Shown: positions 9,926 through 18,860, numbered from the stretch's first letter. The stretch is DNA of 64,000 nucleotides from Bacteriovoracaceae bacterium (GCA_018649885.1 JABIHA010000087.1:1-64000); one strand, 5' to 3'. Made by a program: numbers and translations. Notes: generated by a model not told the origin, from the letters alone.

Positions 9926-10705
9926 CTATATTCTAAGACTCAAGTTAGCCAGTACATTCCAATTACTTACAATGGCCCTTTTCATATGGCTAAATATCTT
10001 ACTCGACTCTACTCCGTACCCAATTCCACCATCAATAAAAACATTTCGTAACTTCAAACCAGGACCAATAAATGAATCCCCTCCAAGTCCATTGACATTT
10101 CTATCATCTGTATATGAGTACTTATCATCCACTCTATCTAGGCTTCCATTGTAACCGTAAGCGCCTATGGCAAAAGAAAGTCCAAAGGAATCTGAAAACC
10201 TGTACAGACTTTTTAAATCAACTCTAAGACCCGGAACCTTTCCCTCAAACCCCCTAGCGCCAAGAGGGCCACTATTCATTAACAAGTTTCCAATCAAAAC
10301 CTTGGGTTCAATACTAAATCCATATTTATTAATAAAACGGGCTCCGACACTCAGCCCTTTATAAGATTGCAATTTGGCACTTCGACCAGGCTGATTCCAG
10401 CCCACTTCATAGGGAAAGCTTTCATTACCTTGGTTGTAACTTTTTGAAAAATATCCAGCGACAATAGCAAATTCACTTTCATTGGTTTTTTGATGCTCTG
10501 TTTTTTTTATTTCAGAAACACCCGCTTTTCCTGAGGGCCCGAACTCCTCATCACCATTGTAAAAATTAAAATTATAAGTACGCCCATTTTGTTTTTTATT
10601 TGAATTGGATGCTACCATTTTTTTAATCTCAAGTTCTTCAGCATTTTGAGCAGAGGCAAGAGCTGAAAAAACGAACATCACAATTATTAGTATATTTTTT
10701 ATCAT
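9926..10705 (-). CDS. Outer-membrane beta-barrel-like protein, TYNFNFY paralog 3
   Basis: Signal peptide ending ASA-Q, NGRTYNFNFYN motif. Shares GYFSKSYN, FSIEPK, FEGKVPG and LANLSLRI blocks with its neighbours. Confidence 0.75.
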   Translation of the reverse strand: MIKNILIIVMFVFSALASAQNAEELEIKKMVASNSNKKQNGRTYNFNFYNGDEEFGPSGKAGVSEIKKTEHQKTNESEFAIVAGYFSKSYNQGNESFPYEVGWNQPGRSAKLQSYKGLSVGARFINKYGFSIEPKVLIGNLLMNSGPLGARGFEGKVPGLRVDLKSLYRFSDSFGLSFAIGAYGYNGSLDRVDDKYSYTDDRNVNGLGGDSFIGPGLKLRNVFIDGGIGYGVESSKIFSHMKRAIVSNWNVLANLSLRI

Positions 10706-10714
10706 GATAGTCCT

Positions 10715-11575
10715 CTAAATTTTAAGACTTAGGTTGAGCAAAATATTCCAATTACTCATAATCACATCATCCTGATGGCCTGAAATACGGTTAGACTCAA
10801 TGCCATAGCCAATTCCACCATCAAGGGATAGATTGCCAATTTGCAGTGTTGGTCCAATATTTAGGTCTCCTCCAAATCCATTGATCCTAATTTTCTCGTC
10901 ATCACTTTGTGCATAAGGACTGTACGAGTAAATGGAATCTTTTGCTTTTAATTCGCCACCATAACCATAAGCACCAAACCCTAGAAAAAGTCCAAAGTGA
11001 TCAGAAAGCCAATACTTGTTTTTAAAATCGATCCTGAGTCCTGGCATCTTTCCTTCAAAATGGCGGCCACTGCCTCCCCCATTATTTACAGACATCCTTC
11101 CAATCATGAATTTTGGCTCAACGCTAAAATCATATTGACTGATAAAGGATAAACCGACAGAAAGCCCAGTATAGCTTTTGAGCTGGGCACTTCGATATTG
11201 ATCATCCCAAACCTCTTCATAAGGAAATTCCTCATCACCTTGGTTATAGCTTTTTGTAAAATAACCTCCAACAATTGCAACTCCACTTCTTTTGGACTTC
11301 TCAGGATCAGAATATTTTGTTTCTAAAACTTCAGCTTTTGGTGCTGTTACCACAGGCTCCTTCACCGGAGCTGCCTCGGGTACTTTTACAGTAGTCGAGC
11401 TTGGAGGCAATGCTGCCTCACCATCATTGTAAAAATTAAAGTTATAGGTGCGCCCATTTTCTTTAACAGTTTTCGTTGGATCTACTGGTTTTTCAGCAGG
11501 AGAGCCATCACCACTTTGAGCAAAAGAAAGGCTTGAGAAAGTGAGCATCATGATTAATGGTATATTTTTTTTCAT
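10715..11575 (-). CDS. Outer-membrane beta-barrel-like protein, TYNFNFY paralog 2
   Basis: Signal peptide ending SFA-Q, NGRTYNFNFYN motif, Pro/Ala/Glu/Lys linker, barrel homologous to neighbours. ATG at 11575 follows AGAGGG. Confidence 0.75.
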   Translation of the reverse strand: MKKNIPLIMMLTFSSLSFAQSGDGSPAEKPVDPTKTVKENGRTYNFNFYNDGEAALPPSSTTVKVPEAAPVKEPVVTAPKAEVLETKYSDPEKSKRSGVAIVGGYFTKSYNQGDEEFPYEEVWDDQYRSAQLKSYTGLSVGLSFISQYDFSVEPKFMIGRMSVNNGGGSGRHFEGKMPGLRIDFKNKYWLSDHFGLFLGFGAYGYGGELKAKDSIYSYSPYAQSDDEKIRINGFGGDLNIGPTLQIGNLSLDGGIGYGIESNRISGHQDDVIMSNWNILLNLSLKI

Positions 11576-11584
11576 GACCACCCT

Positions 11585-12436
11585 CTATATCCTGATACTC
11601 AAATTAGCTTGCAAATTTAAGTTACCGAGAGTGACATCATCGCCATAGCCAGAAAGTTTACTGGATTCTAGCCCGTATCCTACACCACCATCAAGGTAGA
11701 CTGAGCCTAACTGCCACACAGGACCGACACTAACATCCCCACCGAAGCCTCTAGCGTTAATAGAAGAGCTATCATCATCCTCTGAGTAATAGAAATAGGA
11801 CCTATTGGCCTCTTTTAATTTTCCAACATAGCCATAACCACCGAGGGCTAAGAAAATCCCAAAATGATCAGAGATCCAGTATTTATTTTTAAAATCAACT
11901 CTAAAGCCCGGGACTTTTCCTTCAAATTTTCGCTGACTACCACCTGCATTTTTGGCCGTCATTTTCCCAATCATAATCTTGGGCTCAATACTAAAATCAT
12001 AACTGCTGATAAAAGACATACCCAAAGAAAAACCACTATAGGAATCAAGTGTTGCAGACCTGCGTCCAGTCATAAATTCCATATCAGAGCTCCAGTAAGG
12101 ATCTTCTTCAGACTCTCTGGTGCTGTCATTGTAATTTTTTGAGAAGTAACCGCCCACAAAAGCGATTCCACTTCTTTTAAGTTTTTCAGGATCAGCTTTT
12201 TTTGCAACACTCACAGCTGGTGCAGGTGCGGGGGCGGGGGCAGGGGCAGGGGCAGGGGCCACAACTGGAACAGCAGGTGCCATAGAAGCAGCTGGCTGAA
12301 CTCCCTCGCCATCATTATAAAAGTTAAAATTGTAGGTAATTGAAAAGCCCGAAATGGGAAAGGCCAAAATACCAAAGAGAATTAGCATAGCTGAGCTCTT
12401 TAGTACTAACCTGTAAAAAGACTTATTGTTATCCAT
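11585..12436 (-). CDS. Outer-membrane beta-barrel-like protein, TYNFNFY paralog 1
   Basis: Start reassigned to ATG 12436 (AAGGAG RBS, downstream of the sigma54 promoter). ITYNFNFYN lies right after the signal region, followed by a (PA)n linker and the barrel. Confidence 0.75.
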   Translation of the reverse strand: MDNNKSFYRLVLKSSAMLILFGILAFPISGFSITYNFNFYNDGEGVQPAASMAPAVPVVAPAPAPAPAPAPAPAVSVAKKADPEKLKRSGIAFVGGYFSKNYNDSTRESEEDPYWSSDMEFMTGRRSATLDSYSGFSLGMSFISSYDFSIEPKIMIGKMTAKNAGGSQRKFEGKVPGFRVDFKNKYWISDHFGIFLALGGYGYVGKLKEANRSYFYYSEDDDSSSINARGFGGDVSVGPVWQLGSVYLDGGVGYGLESSKLSGYGDDVTLGNLNLQANLSIRI

Positions 12437-12473
12437 CGTTACACTCCTTTTAGCGTTATTGATGAATAATAAA

Positions 12474-12490
12474 AGCAAATCTCCTGCCAA
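12474..12490 (-). promoter_or_regulatory. sigma54 (RpoN) -24/-12 promoter for the barrel array
   Basis: Minus strand reads TTGGCAGGAGATTTGCT, with exact GG-N10-GC spacing, about 40 nt upstream of ATG 12436. Confidence 0.85.
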
Positions 12491-12507
12491 GAATGTCTCC
12501 CCTAAAT

Positions 12508-14244
12508 TCATGGTCTTTCCTCAAAGTCCATGACACTTTTGTCATGGTTTATGACTTTTTCTTCTTCATAATCAGAAATTAAGCGAAATAAACTTCTCCC
12601 AGTAATCCCGAGCATTTTTGCCGCTTTTGTCTTATTACCCTGACTTTTAATGAGAGCTCTCTCGATTTGTCTTTTTACAAAGACTTTTTTGGCAGTATTG
12701 AGGTTTAACGGATAGTTTTCTGAAGACTTTTCTCCGGACCCCGAACACAAACTAAAATCCTCTCTGGTAATCAACTTGGAATTAGAAAGTATCGCCGCTT
12801 TTTTAACGATGGCCGAAAGCTCTCTAACATTTCCAGTCCATACATTATTTTTCAGAAACTCTTCCGCTGAAGGAGAAAAACCTTCTGCTATAGTTGGGTG
12901 GGCAAGCTTAGTTTGATGGAGAAAGTAGCTGGCGAGGGCCATAGTATCTTCTTCACCTCGATCCTTTAGTGAAGGAAGGGTAAGAGTCGCCTCACTGATC
13001 CTATAATAGAGATCTTCTCTGAATTCACCCTGTTCAATTTTCTTTCTTAAATTTTTATGAGTAGCACAAATAAGTCTAACCTTGACCTTCGTTTCTCCAC
13101 CACCTACAGGCTGAACAATGCCATCTTGGAGCACTCTTAAAAGCTTGGCCTGAATATCTAGTGGAAGATCCCCTATTTCATCTAAAAATAAAATTCCACC
13201 ATGTGCTTGTTGGATTTTACCTATCTGGTCTCTATCAGCACCAGTAAATGAGCCTCTTTTATGTCCAAAGAGATAGCTCTCTGCCAGCTGAGCTGGAATC
13301 GCCGCACAGTTGACGCATGTGATTTTTCCTATACCTGAGACCTTAGAGATATACTCAGCAAGCATCTCTTTACCAGCTCCAGTCTCCCCTTCAATGAACA
13401 AAGATAAGTCTGTTTTAGCTAGTTTATCAGTAAGCCTTTGAAGCCTACCCATATTCTCGCAGCTTCCCCAAAAGAACTCTCCCTTGACGACCTTTTTTTG
13501 CTGCTCTTTCATTTTACTGAGAGATTCATACAAAAGGTGGGCACCTAGGCCTTGAGCTGCCAGGTGAAGAATTGTTTTAAGGGTGCCCTCTGGAAGCAGC
13601 TCCTTATTTTCATTTTCCGGAAGATATAAAACGACTTCATCGTCATCAGAAATCTTCGATCTTACGAGTAAAAAATTAAAGGTGGAAAGCCCTGCTTCAA
13701 AGAGCATGGTGTGAGTGTCAAAGCTCATTTTCACCACTGTAGTCTCAGCATTTTTGGGTCTATCCAAAAAGGAATTGAGCACAAACTCTGCTCTATTTTT
13801 TATTTTAAGATTTACACTACTGAGAATTTGAACAAGACCTGCACGTCTGAGAAGTAGTGCTCCGCGATCTCCTCCTACAATTTCGATGATAAAATTAAGA
13901 AGTTTATCGGGGTAGTTTTTTTTCTTTGGGTCTTGTGGCAGTTTTGAGAAATCAAAATCCACCATTTTATTCTCTTCCCCTATATAGACCACCTGAAATT
14001 GGTGAATCTTTAAAATGCTGTCCACTTTTAAATCTCGATTCCAAGGACCTTCAAGATTTTTCTCTTTTACTCCAAGGCAGAAAAATTGAACAGAGTCCTT
14101 CTCTTTGACAATGGTCATTCCTTCACCGGGAAAATCGGAGATTGTATAGTCAAAATTTCCGCTGCCACCTACTGTTGTGACTCTTTGTGCAGGAGTGAAT
14201 TTTAAAAGTATTTCATTTCCATGAAAAACTATTATCTGTCCCAT
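12508..14244 (-). CDS. sigma54-dependent enhancer-binding protein (degenerate FHA/GAF-like N-terminus, AAA+ domain, Fis-type HTH)
   Basis: Walker A GETGAGKE, GSFTGA loop, Walker B FLDEIGD, FREDLYYR, WTGNVREL, and C-terminal GNKTKAAKMLGI. Confidence 0.95.
   Translation of the reverse strand: MGQIIVFHGNEILLKFTPAQRVTTVGGSGNFDYTISDFPGEGMTIVKEKDSVQFFCLGVKEKNLEGPWNRDLKVDSILKIHQFQVVYIGEENKMVDFDFSKLPQDPKKKNYPDKLLNFIIEIVGGDRGALLLRRAGLVQILSSVNLKIKNRAEFVLNSFLDRPKNAETTVVKMSFDTHTMLFEAGLSTFNFLLVRSKISDDDEVVLYLPENENKELLPEGTLKTILHLAAQGLGAHLLYESLSKMKEQQKKVVKGEFFWGSCENMGRLQRLTDKLAKTDLSLFIEGETGAGKEMLAEYISKVSGIGKITCVNCAAIPAQLAESYLFGHKRGSFTGADRDQIGKIQQAHGGILFLDEIGDLPLDIQAKLLRVLQDGIVQPVGGGETKVKVRLICATHKNLRKKIEQGEFREDLYYRISEATLTLPSLKDRGEEDTMALASYFLHQTKLAHPTIAEGFSPSAEEFLKNNVWTGNVRELSAIVKKAAILSNSKLITREDFSLCSGSGEKSSENYPLNLNTAKKVFVKRQIERALIKSQGNKTKAAKMLGITGRSLFRLISDYEEEKVINHDKSVMDFEERP
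12528..12547. promoter_or_regulatory. Palindromic candidate enhancer (UAS) CCATGACA-N4-TGTCATGG
   Basis: Perfect 8-bp arms inside the 3' end of the activator gene. The same TGACA-N4-TGTCA core recurs at 15854-15867. Confidence 0.6.
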
Positions 14245-14247
14245 ATA

Positions 14248-15816
14248 TCACCTTCTCACGGCATTAATTGTTGTTAGTTTATTTTTTTCCACCTTTATCT
14301 CTCTTTCATAGCGAGGGAATCCTTCCCTGCTAAAAGATAAAAGGTGAAGACCAATTTTAATTTTTACTTTTCTACCAAAGAGTACATAGGGCTTGTAATC
14401 GAGGAATACTTTTGTCCCTTGATCAACATTTATTAAAAGATGTCCTACTAACTCCTGATCTGGTTTTTTAATGATAGGCTTGGTTTTTATTTTTGCGGGC
14501 GCTGCTGCCACCACTTTTACTAAGTCTTTAATCTTTTTCTTCCGAGGCGGCTTTGGCCTTTTAACAACTGGCGGTTTTTTCTCAGTCACGGAAGCTTCCA
14601 CTACTGGCTTACTCTTTATTGGTTCTATCTTTTTAGCGACTGCATTTTTTACAATTGGAGTAACTTTCTTCTTTTTGATGACCACGGCCCCAGTTTTTAA
14701 AGGCCTCGCCTGCGTTTGACTTTGATACTTGTAGCCAAATCCAACAGCTGCACTAATTAATAGTACCAGTGATAAAATGACAGCATTCCTTTTGGAAGCA
14801 CCACTTTTTAATCTCTTGGCAAGCTCTGGATTTATTAAAAGAAGGTGTTGCTTGAGTCTAATTTGAGACTCATCTCCTTTTCTTCTAAGCTCCGTATCAT
14901 ATAGTGAAACAATACTCTTTTCGAGTTTGCTTACAGGGACCTTTGAAAGAGAGGACAATTTCCCCTCGTAAAGATGCTTAATAATGTCTCTATGAGTACT
15001 ATCTGTGACTTTTTCAAATACATTTAAAATATCATGCCTAAATTTCCAGGCCTGATTGTATCTCTTTGATAGGTCTTTATTTAAGGATTTTTCGACAACT
15101 TTAACTAGCTCTGGATAGATCCGAGGGTTAAGTTTTTCCATCCTTCCCACATTGTTATTTAAAATAGAGTAAGCCAGGGCCTCATAATTATCACCACTAA
15201 AGGGAAAGCTCCCACACAGTAGACGGTATAAAAGTACACCAAGAGAGAAATAATCAGACTGAATCCCAATCTCACTCCCTTTAATTTGCTCAGGAGACAT
15301 GTAACGTGGGCTTCCAAGGAAAATTCCTGTTTGAGTTTTCTCTCCACTACCCATTTCTTTAGCTATGCCAAAATCAGAGATTTTAATCTCTCCAGTTGGC
15401 AGAATAAATATATTTTCAGGTTTTAAATCTCGGTGAACTACACCTAGTGAGTGAGGCTGCTCAAGGGCGCTAAGAACCTCGGCCCCTATGGCACAGGCGA
15501 CAGACATGGAAAGTGGGCCCTCTATATCTTCTATTAACTCTCTTAGAGTTTTGCCCACAACATATTCTTGAACTAGCACCGGTCTTCCATCTTCAGTACT
15601 CGTAATATCGATGCATTTAACAATTCTGTGGTCACTGAGTTTTTGTAGGATCTCGCCTTCTCTTTTAAAACGAGTAATCACAAAATCATCACTACAAAGG
15701 GCACCTCGAAGGATTTTTAGTGCTACTTGCTTTCCCGATTCATCCTCACCGAGATAGACATCAGAGCTTGCACCTCTACCCAGCAAATCTAAAATAAGAA
15801 AACCCTTAACTTTCAT
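14248..15816 (-). CDS. Hanks-type Ser/Thr protein kinase with a TM helix, Pro/Lys-rich linker and PEGA-like C-terminus
   Basis: Motifs LGRGASSDVY, VALK, HRDLKPEN, DFG and YMSPEQ. TM segment AVILSLVLLISAAVGFGY. Confidence 0.95.
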   Translation of the reverse strand: MKVKGFLILDLLGRGASSDVYLGEDESGKQVALKILRGALCSDDFVITRFKREGEILQKLSDHRIVKCIDITSTEDGRPVLVQEYVVGKTLRELIEDIEGPLSMSVACAIGAEVLSALEQPHSLGVVHRDLKPENIFILPTGEIKISDFGIAKEMGSGEKTQTGIFLGSPRYMSPEQIKGSEIGIQSDYFSLGVLLYRLLCGSFPFSGDNYEALAYSILNNNVGRMEKLNPRIYPELVKVVEKSLNKDLSKRYNQAWKFRHDILNVFEKVTDSTHRDIIKHLYEGKLSSLSKVPVSKLEKSIVSLYDTELRRKGDESQIRLKQHLLLINPELAKRLKSGASKRNAVILSLVLLISAAVGFGYKYQSQTQARPLKTGAVVIKKKKVTPIVKNAVAKKIEPIKSKPVVEASVTEKKPPVVKRPKPPRKKKIKDLVKVVAAAPAKIKTKPIIKKPDQELVGHLLINVDQGTKVFLDYKPYVLFGRKVKIKIGLHLLSFSREGFPRYEREIKVEKNKLTTINAVRR

Positions 15817-15853
15817 ATATCTCCTAAAAACCTAGACCACTTAATATCAACTA

Positions 15854-15867
15854 TGACATTTTTGTCA
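15854..15867. promoter_or_regulatory. Palindromic candidate enhancer/operator TGACA-TTTT-TGTCA
   Basis: Lies in the divergent intergenic region and has the same core as 12531-12544. Confidence 0.55.
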
Positions 15868-16056
15868 ATAGTATCAGAGAAAAATTAATATGAAGAAATT
15901 TTTCTTTTTATTTCAGCCAGTTCCGACTGTTCTGGAACATATAAGAAATACCACAGAGCAGTATTAGAGACAGGGTTTAGAGACAGGATTGACACGAACT
16001 GTGACATAAATAGCATAGCTACCCTACTAACCTCTCCATTTTCTAGATACCTGAAA

Positions 16057-16073
16057 CTGGCAAAGAACTTGCT
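16057..16073 (+). promoter_or_regulatory. sigma54 -24/-12 promoter for the divergent lipoprotein operon
   Basis: CTGGCAAAGAACTTGCT has exact GG-N10-GC spacing, about 50 nt upstream of ATG 16122 (AAGGAG RBS). Confidence 0.85.
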
Positions 16074-16121
16074 TTAGTACAGGTAAAAATAATTTGATTC
16101 TCAAATCAAGGAGAGAGAAAA

Positions 16122-16715
16122 ATGAAAATAACCAACTTAAAAAAATTATCAGTCCTTATGTGTTTATTAACTCTAGTTGCTTGTAAAATTGAAGGGGAAG
16201 CCGACTTTACTGCTTCGCCCTCATCTGGGCCTTCAATAAATGCATACCACTCTAATGTCGACCACCTGATGCTCTATGATTTTGCCGATGTCAGTGGTTA
16301 TGAAGTTGAGGACACATGTGACTCAGTGATGTTCAACCTAAGCTACAAACCACACGTAGTTGATGTGTATAAGAAAAGTGATTTCTCTTATATCGATGTC
16401 TACAAGTATGATGGCCTAAAAATAAGTTGTGATCGAGACACTAGGACAGTTCATTCATTAACCGTCACTCCTGGCATTAAAAGCTTGGTTGAAATGGATG
16501 AAAAGGCCTTTGTCATTGTAGAAAGAAGTATTACAGACGACCAAATCCTTGACCGCTTTCCCAATTACTATAGATTCGATGAAGATTACTTCAAAGATAC
16601 CAAAATCATTACCTACAAAGTTGATTTCAAATCATGGGTTCATATCAAAATTGATAAGGGTCTAGTCAAGTCTTACCAGGTCTCGAAATCTTCCATTCCT
16701 TTCTTGCTCTGGTAA
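16122..16715 (+). CDS. Hypothetical lipoprotein
   Basis: Lipobox LVA-C after a hydrophobic stretch; good RBS. Confidence 0.7.
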   Translation: MKITNLKKLSVLMCLLTLVACKIEGEADFTASPSSGPSINAYHSNVDHLMLYDFADVSGYEVEDTCDSVMFNLSYKPHVVDVYKKSDFSYIDVYKYDGLKISCDRDTRTVHSLTVTPGIKSLVEMDEKAFVIVERSITDDQILDRFPNYYRFDEDYFKDTKIITYKVDFKSWVHIKIDKGLVKSYQVSKSSIPFLLW

Positions 16716-16760
16716 CCCCTCCGGGCCGCGAGCCTCGGGCCGCAAGGCCATTTGCACCAC

Positions 16761-16791
16761 AGAGGAGATAGACTTTTCTATCTCCTCTTTT
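16761..16791 (+). terminator. 12-bp perfect hairpin with a short T tail (terminator or mRNA stabiliser)
   Basis: AGAGGAGATAGA-CTTT-TCTATCTCCTCT-TTT. Confidence 0.55.
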
Positions 16792-16804
16792 AAAAGGAAG
16801 AAAA

Positions 16805-17419
16805 ATGAAAATGTTATTATTTGTAACTTCGATTGTTTTTTACTCTCAATTTGCACACACGAATGAGCTACAAACTAGTCAAGTTGCAAACACTGAACCT
16901 TCTACTCCAATATCCAAAAGGGTTTGGGCAGTTAGTCTGGGCATTGAAAACCAGAATATTAAACTTGGATCTCTCGATGAAAAGTTTGCTCATCAAGGCT
17001 ACCAGATTGCTGTCCAACTCCCCTCTTTTAGCGACTATAGAATTACAGTCGGCCTAATTAAGGGGACAATGGTTAGAGGAAGAAAAAATAATTACCAAAG
17101 AAACTACAGCACTATTGGAGTGGGCACTGATTTCCTGCACGACTTCCCCCTCTCCCGCCAATTTTCTTTGGAGGCCGGAACAAACCTTACCGTTCTAAAA
17201 GGTAGCCATGGCCCTACAACGTCTAATCTTTGGGCCTACTCGGGCGGTATTATGGCAGGCCCAAGATTTGATACTGACGTATTCTTTGTCAGCCTACTAG
17301 GTAAGATCGGATACACAGTCACACACCTATCAAGTGAAAATTCTGATTTCATGGATTTTAAGCGCACCAATTTCGGACGCAATTTGGCCGCGAACTTAAA
17401 CCTTGGGATTAAATTTTAG
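16805..17419 (+). CDS. Small outer-membrane beta-barrel-like protein
   Basis: Signal peptide, alternating hydrophobic strands, C-terminal NLNLGIKF. Confidence 0.65.
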   Translation: MKMLLFVTSIVFYSQFAHTNELQTSQVANTEPSTPISKRVWAVSLGIENQNIKLGSLDEKFAHQGYQIAVQLPSFSDYRITVGLIKGTMVRGRKNNYQRNYSTIGVGTDFLHDFPLSRQFSLEAGTNLTVLKGSHGPTTSNLWAYSGGIMAGPRFDTDVFFVSLLGKIGYTVTHLSSENSDFMDFKRTNFGRNLAANLNLGIKF

Positions 17420-17504
17420 TTAACACTGTCTGTTGGCTGCAATGCTAGTTGAAGGCCTAGATGTTTTTGGAGAGAATATTACTAACTTATAAAAGGAGTT
17501 ATCG

Positions 17505-17837
17505 GTGAAACTAAAATCCACACGTCTTGGTCTTCTACTCATTTGTCTTTGTATATTTAATGCTCATGGACATTGGTCCGATAGCTACTCAGATCAAGTT
17601 ATCCAAGACCAGATCCATAGCGCTGAGGATGAAACTTTCACCATTAGAACCCAAATGTTTTCCGCATATTTTGGAAAGTCGGCCAGTACAAAGCTTGCCC
17701 AAATAATGAATAAGGTAAATGCCTATAAAAAATGTAAGACAAGCTCTAAAAAAAGTATTTTAGTTGGAGCGTATGCTGTGGACTTTGACGAAGATACCCA
17801 AATTGTTACCATCCAGGGAACGTATAAGTGTGAATAA
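17505..17837 (+). CDS. Small secreted hypothetical protein (Cys pair)
   Basis: GTG start with AAGGAG RBS; signal peptide ending AHG. Confidence 0.6.
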   Translation: MKLKSTRLGLLLICLCIFNAHGHWSDSYSDQVIQDQIHSAEDETFTIRTQMFSAYFGKSASTKLAQIMNKVNAYKKCKTSSKKSILVGAYAVDFDEDTQIVTIQGTYKCE

Positions 17838-17850
17838 CTGACAATTCAGC

Positions 17851-17955
17851 TATACTGATCCCAGTTTGAATTTCAAGTGGCGTACTCCTCATCGGAGTGT
17901 GTTACACGCCTTCTTCGTCATCCACTCACTTGAAATCCAAACTGGAATCAGTATA
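17851..17955. mobile_element. 105-bp MITE-like element with 29-bp terminal inverted repeats (TATAC...GTATA)
   Basis: Arms 17851-17879 and 17927-17955 are complementary at 27/29 positions. Partial copies at 18750 and 60874. Confidence 0.75.
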
Positions 17956-18003
17956 CACTGCACGCGAGTATACATTTTTAACATGTTGATCTAAAATTTT
18001 GTC

Positions 18004-18747
18004 ATGAGACAAATTCTTTATATATTGATGATTTTCAGCACGCTCCCAGCTCTTGCAGAAGACAAGCTTTTCCCCACTGCCACCAAAGTAGATATTTATG
18101 GCTGGAGCGAAAATGGCCAAAACTTCGCTTACAGTACTGAAGGGATTGAATCAGAGGCCACCTACTCAGCAGAAGGGGGCATTTTTGTAGTGAATGCTGT
18201 TTCAAAAAAACATGCTTTTAGGTTTGAGAGATTTATTGGAGAAGGCAGCAAAAAAGATATCGAAGTATTCAATAGAGATTTTTCAAAGAATAAGAAGAAA
18301 ATGAGAAAGCGTTATGCCCCCTTTATTAAAGGCCGCGTTGCCCTTCATAAAAAGATGGGCGCTCACTTAAACTATATCCAGTACGTCAAAACATTTGGGG
18401 TGAAAAAATTTAAGTTCAAAAACAATGGTTTTTCCTATTCTGTAAGAAGTAGCATCCAAACCAATATTCCCAAAAAAGAAAAGCCGTGCATCTATGCCAA
18501 TTGTAATTCCAACCGTGTTCGGGTCTATCTTCAAAAGGGCAATAAATCTCAGTCCATTTCCCTTAGCAGTGCTGATAATTTAATTTACACTGAAAAAGAA
18601 TACCGCACCCATTACTTCGATAACTCCATGATTTATGCCAGTATCTCACCGAATGGAAAGCATATTGCAGTGATCATCGAAATCATCTCCAATGGATTTG
18701 AAGGTGCAAAGACCTTTGACTATCAAGGCTTTATAGCAAATCTCTAG
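18004..18747 (+). CDS. Secreted hypothetical protein
   Basis: Signal peptide ending ALA-E; GWSENGQNFAY and ISPNGKHIAV turn motifs. Confidence 0.65.
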   Translation: MRQILYILMIFSTLPALAEDKLFPTATKVDIYGWSENGQNFAYSTEGIESEATYSAEGGIFVVNAVSKKHAFRFERFIGEGSKKDIEVFNRDFSKNKKKMRKRYAPFIKGRVALHKKMGAHLNYIQYVKTFGVKKFKFKNNGFSYSVRSSIQTNIPKKEKPCIYANCNSNRVRVYLQKGNKSQSISLSSADNLIYTEKEYRTHYFDNSMIYASISPNGKHIAVIIEIISNGFEGAKTFDYQGFIANL

Positions 18748-18749
18748 CT

Positions 18750-18774
18750 TATACTGATCCCAGTATAAATTTCA
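18750..18774. repeat. Degenerate left end of the TATACTGATCCCAGT element
   Basis: TATACTGATCCCAGTATAAATTTCA compared with TATACTGATCCCAGTTTGAATTTCA. Confidence 0.7.
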
Positions 18775-18860
18775 GATACTTACCACATTCTCTTTGACGT
18801 GCTTTCCCCCATAAGGTATTCCATGAACTCAAAATTAAGACAGTCAAAGGCAGAAACCCA

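Noticed and set aside
12215..12262. GGGGCA/GGGGCG tandem repeats as a contingency locus
   Set aside because: These 6-bp in-frame units simply encode a (PA)n linker and cannot shift the frame.
12437..12511. N-terminal extension of ORF 11585-12511
   Set aside because: It would span the sigma54 promoter; ATG 12436 has a strong RBS and gives a signal-like N-terminus.
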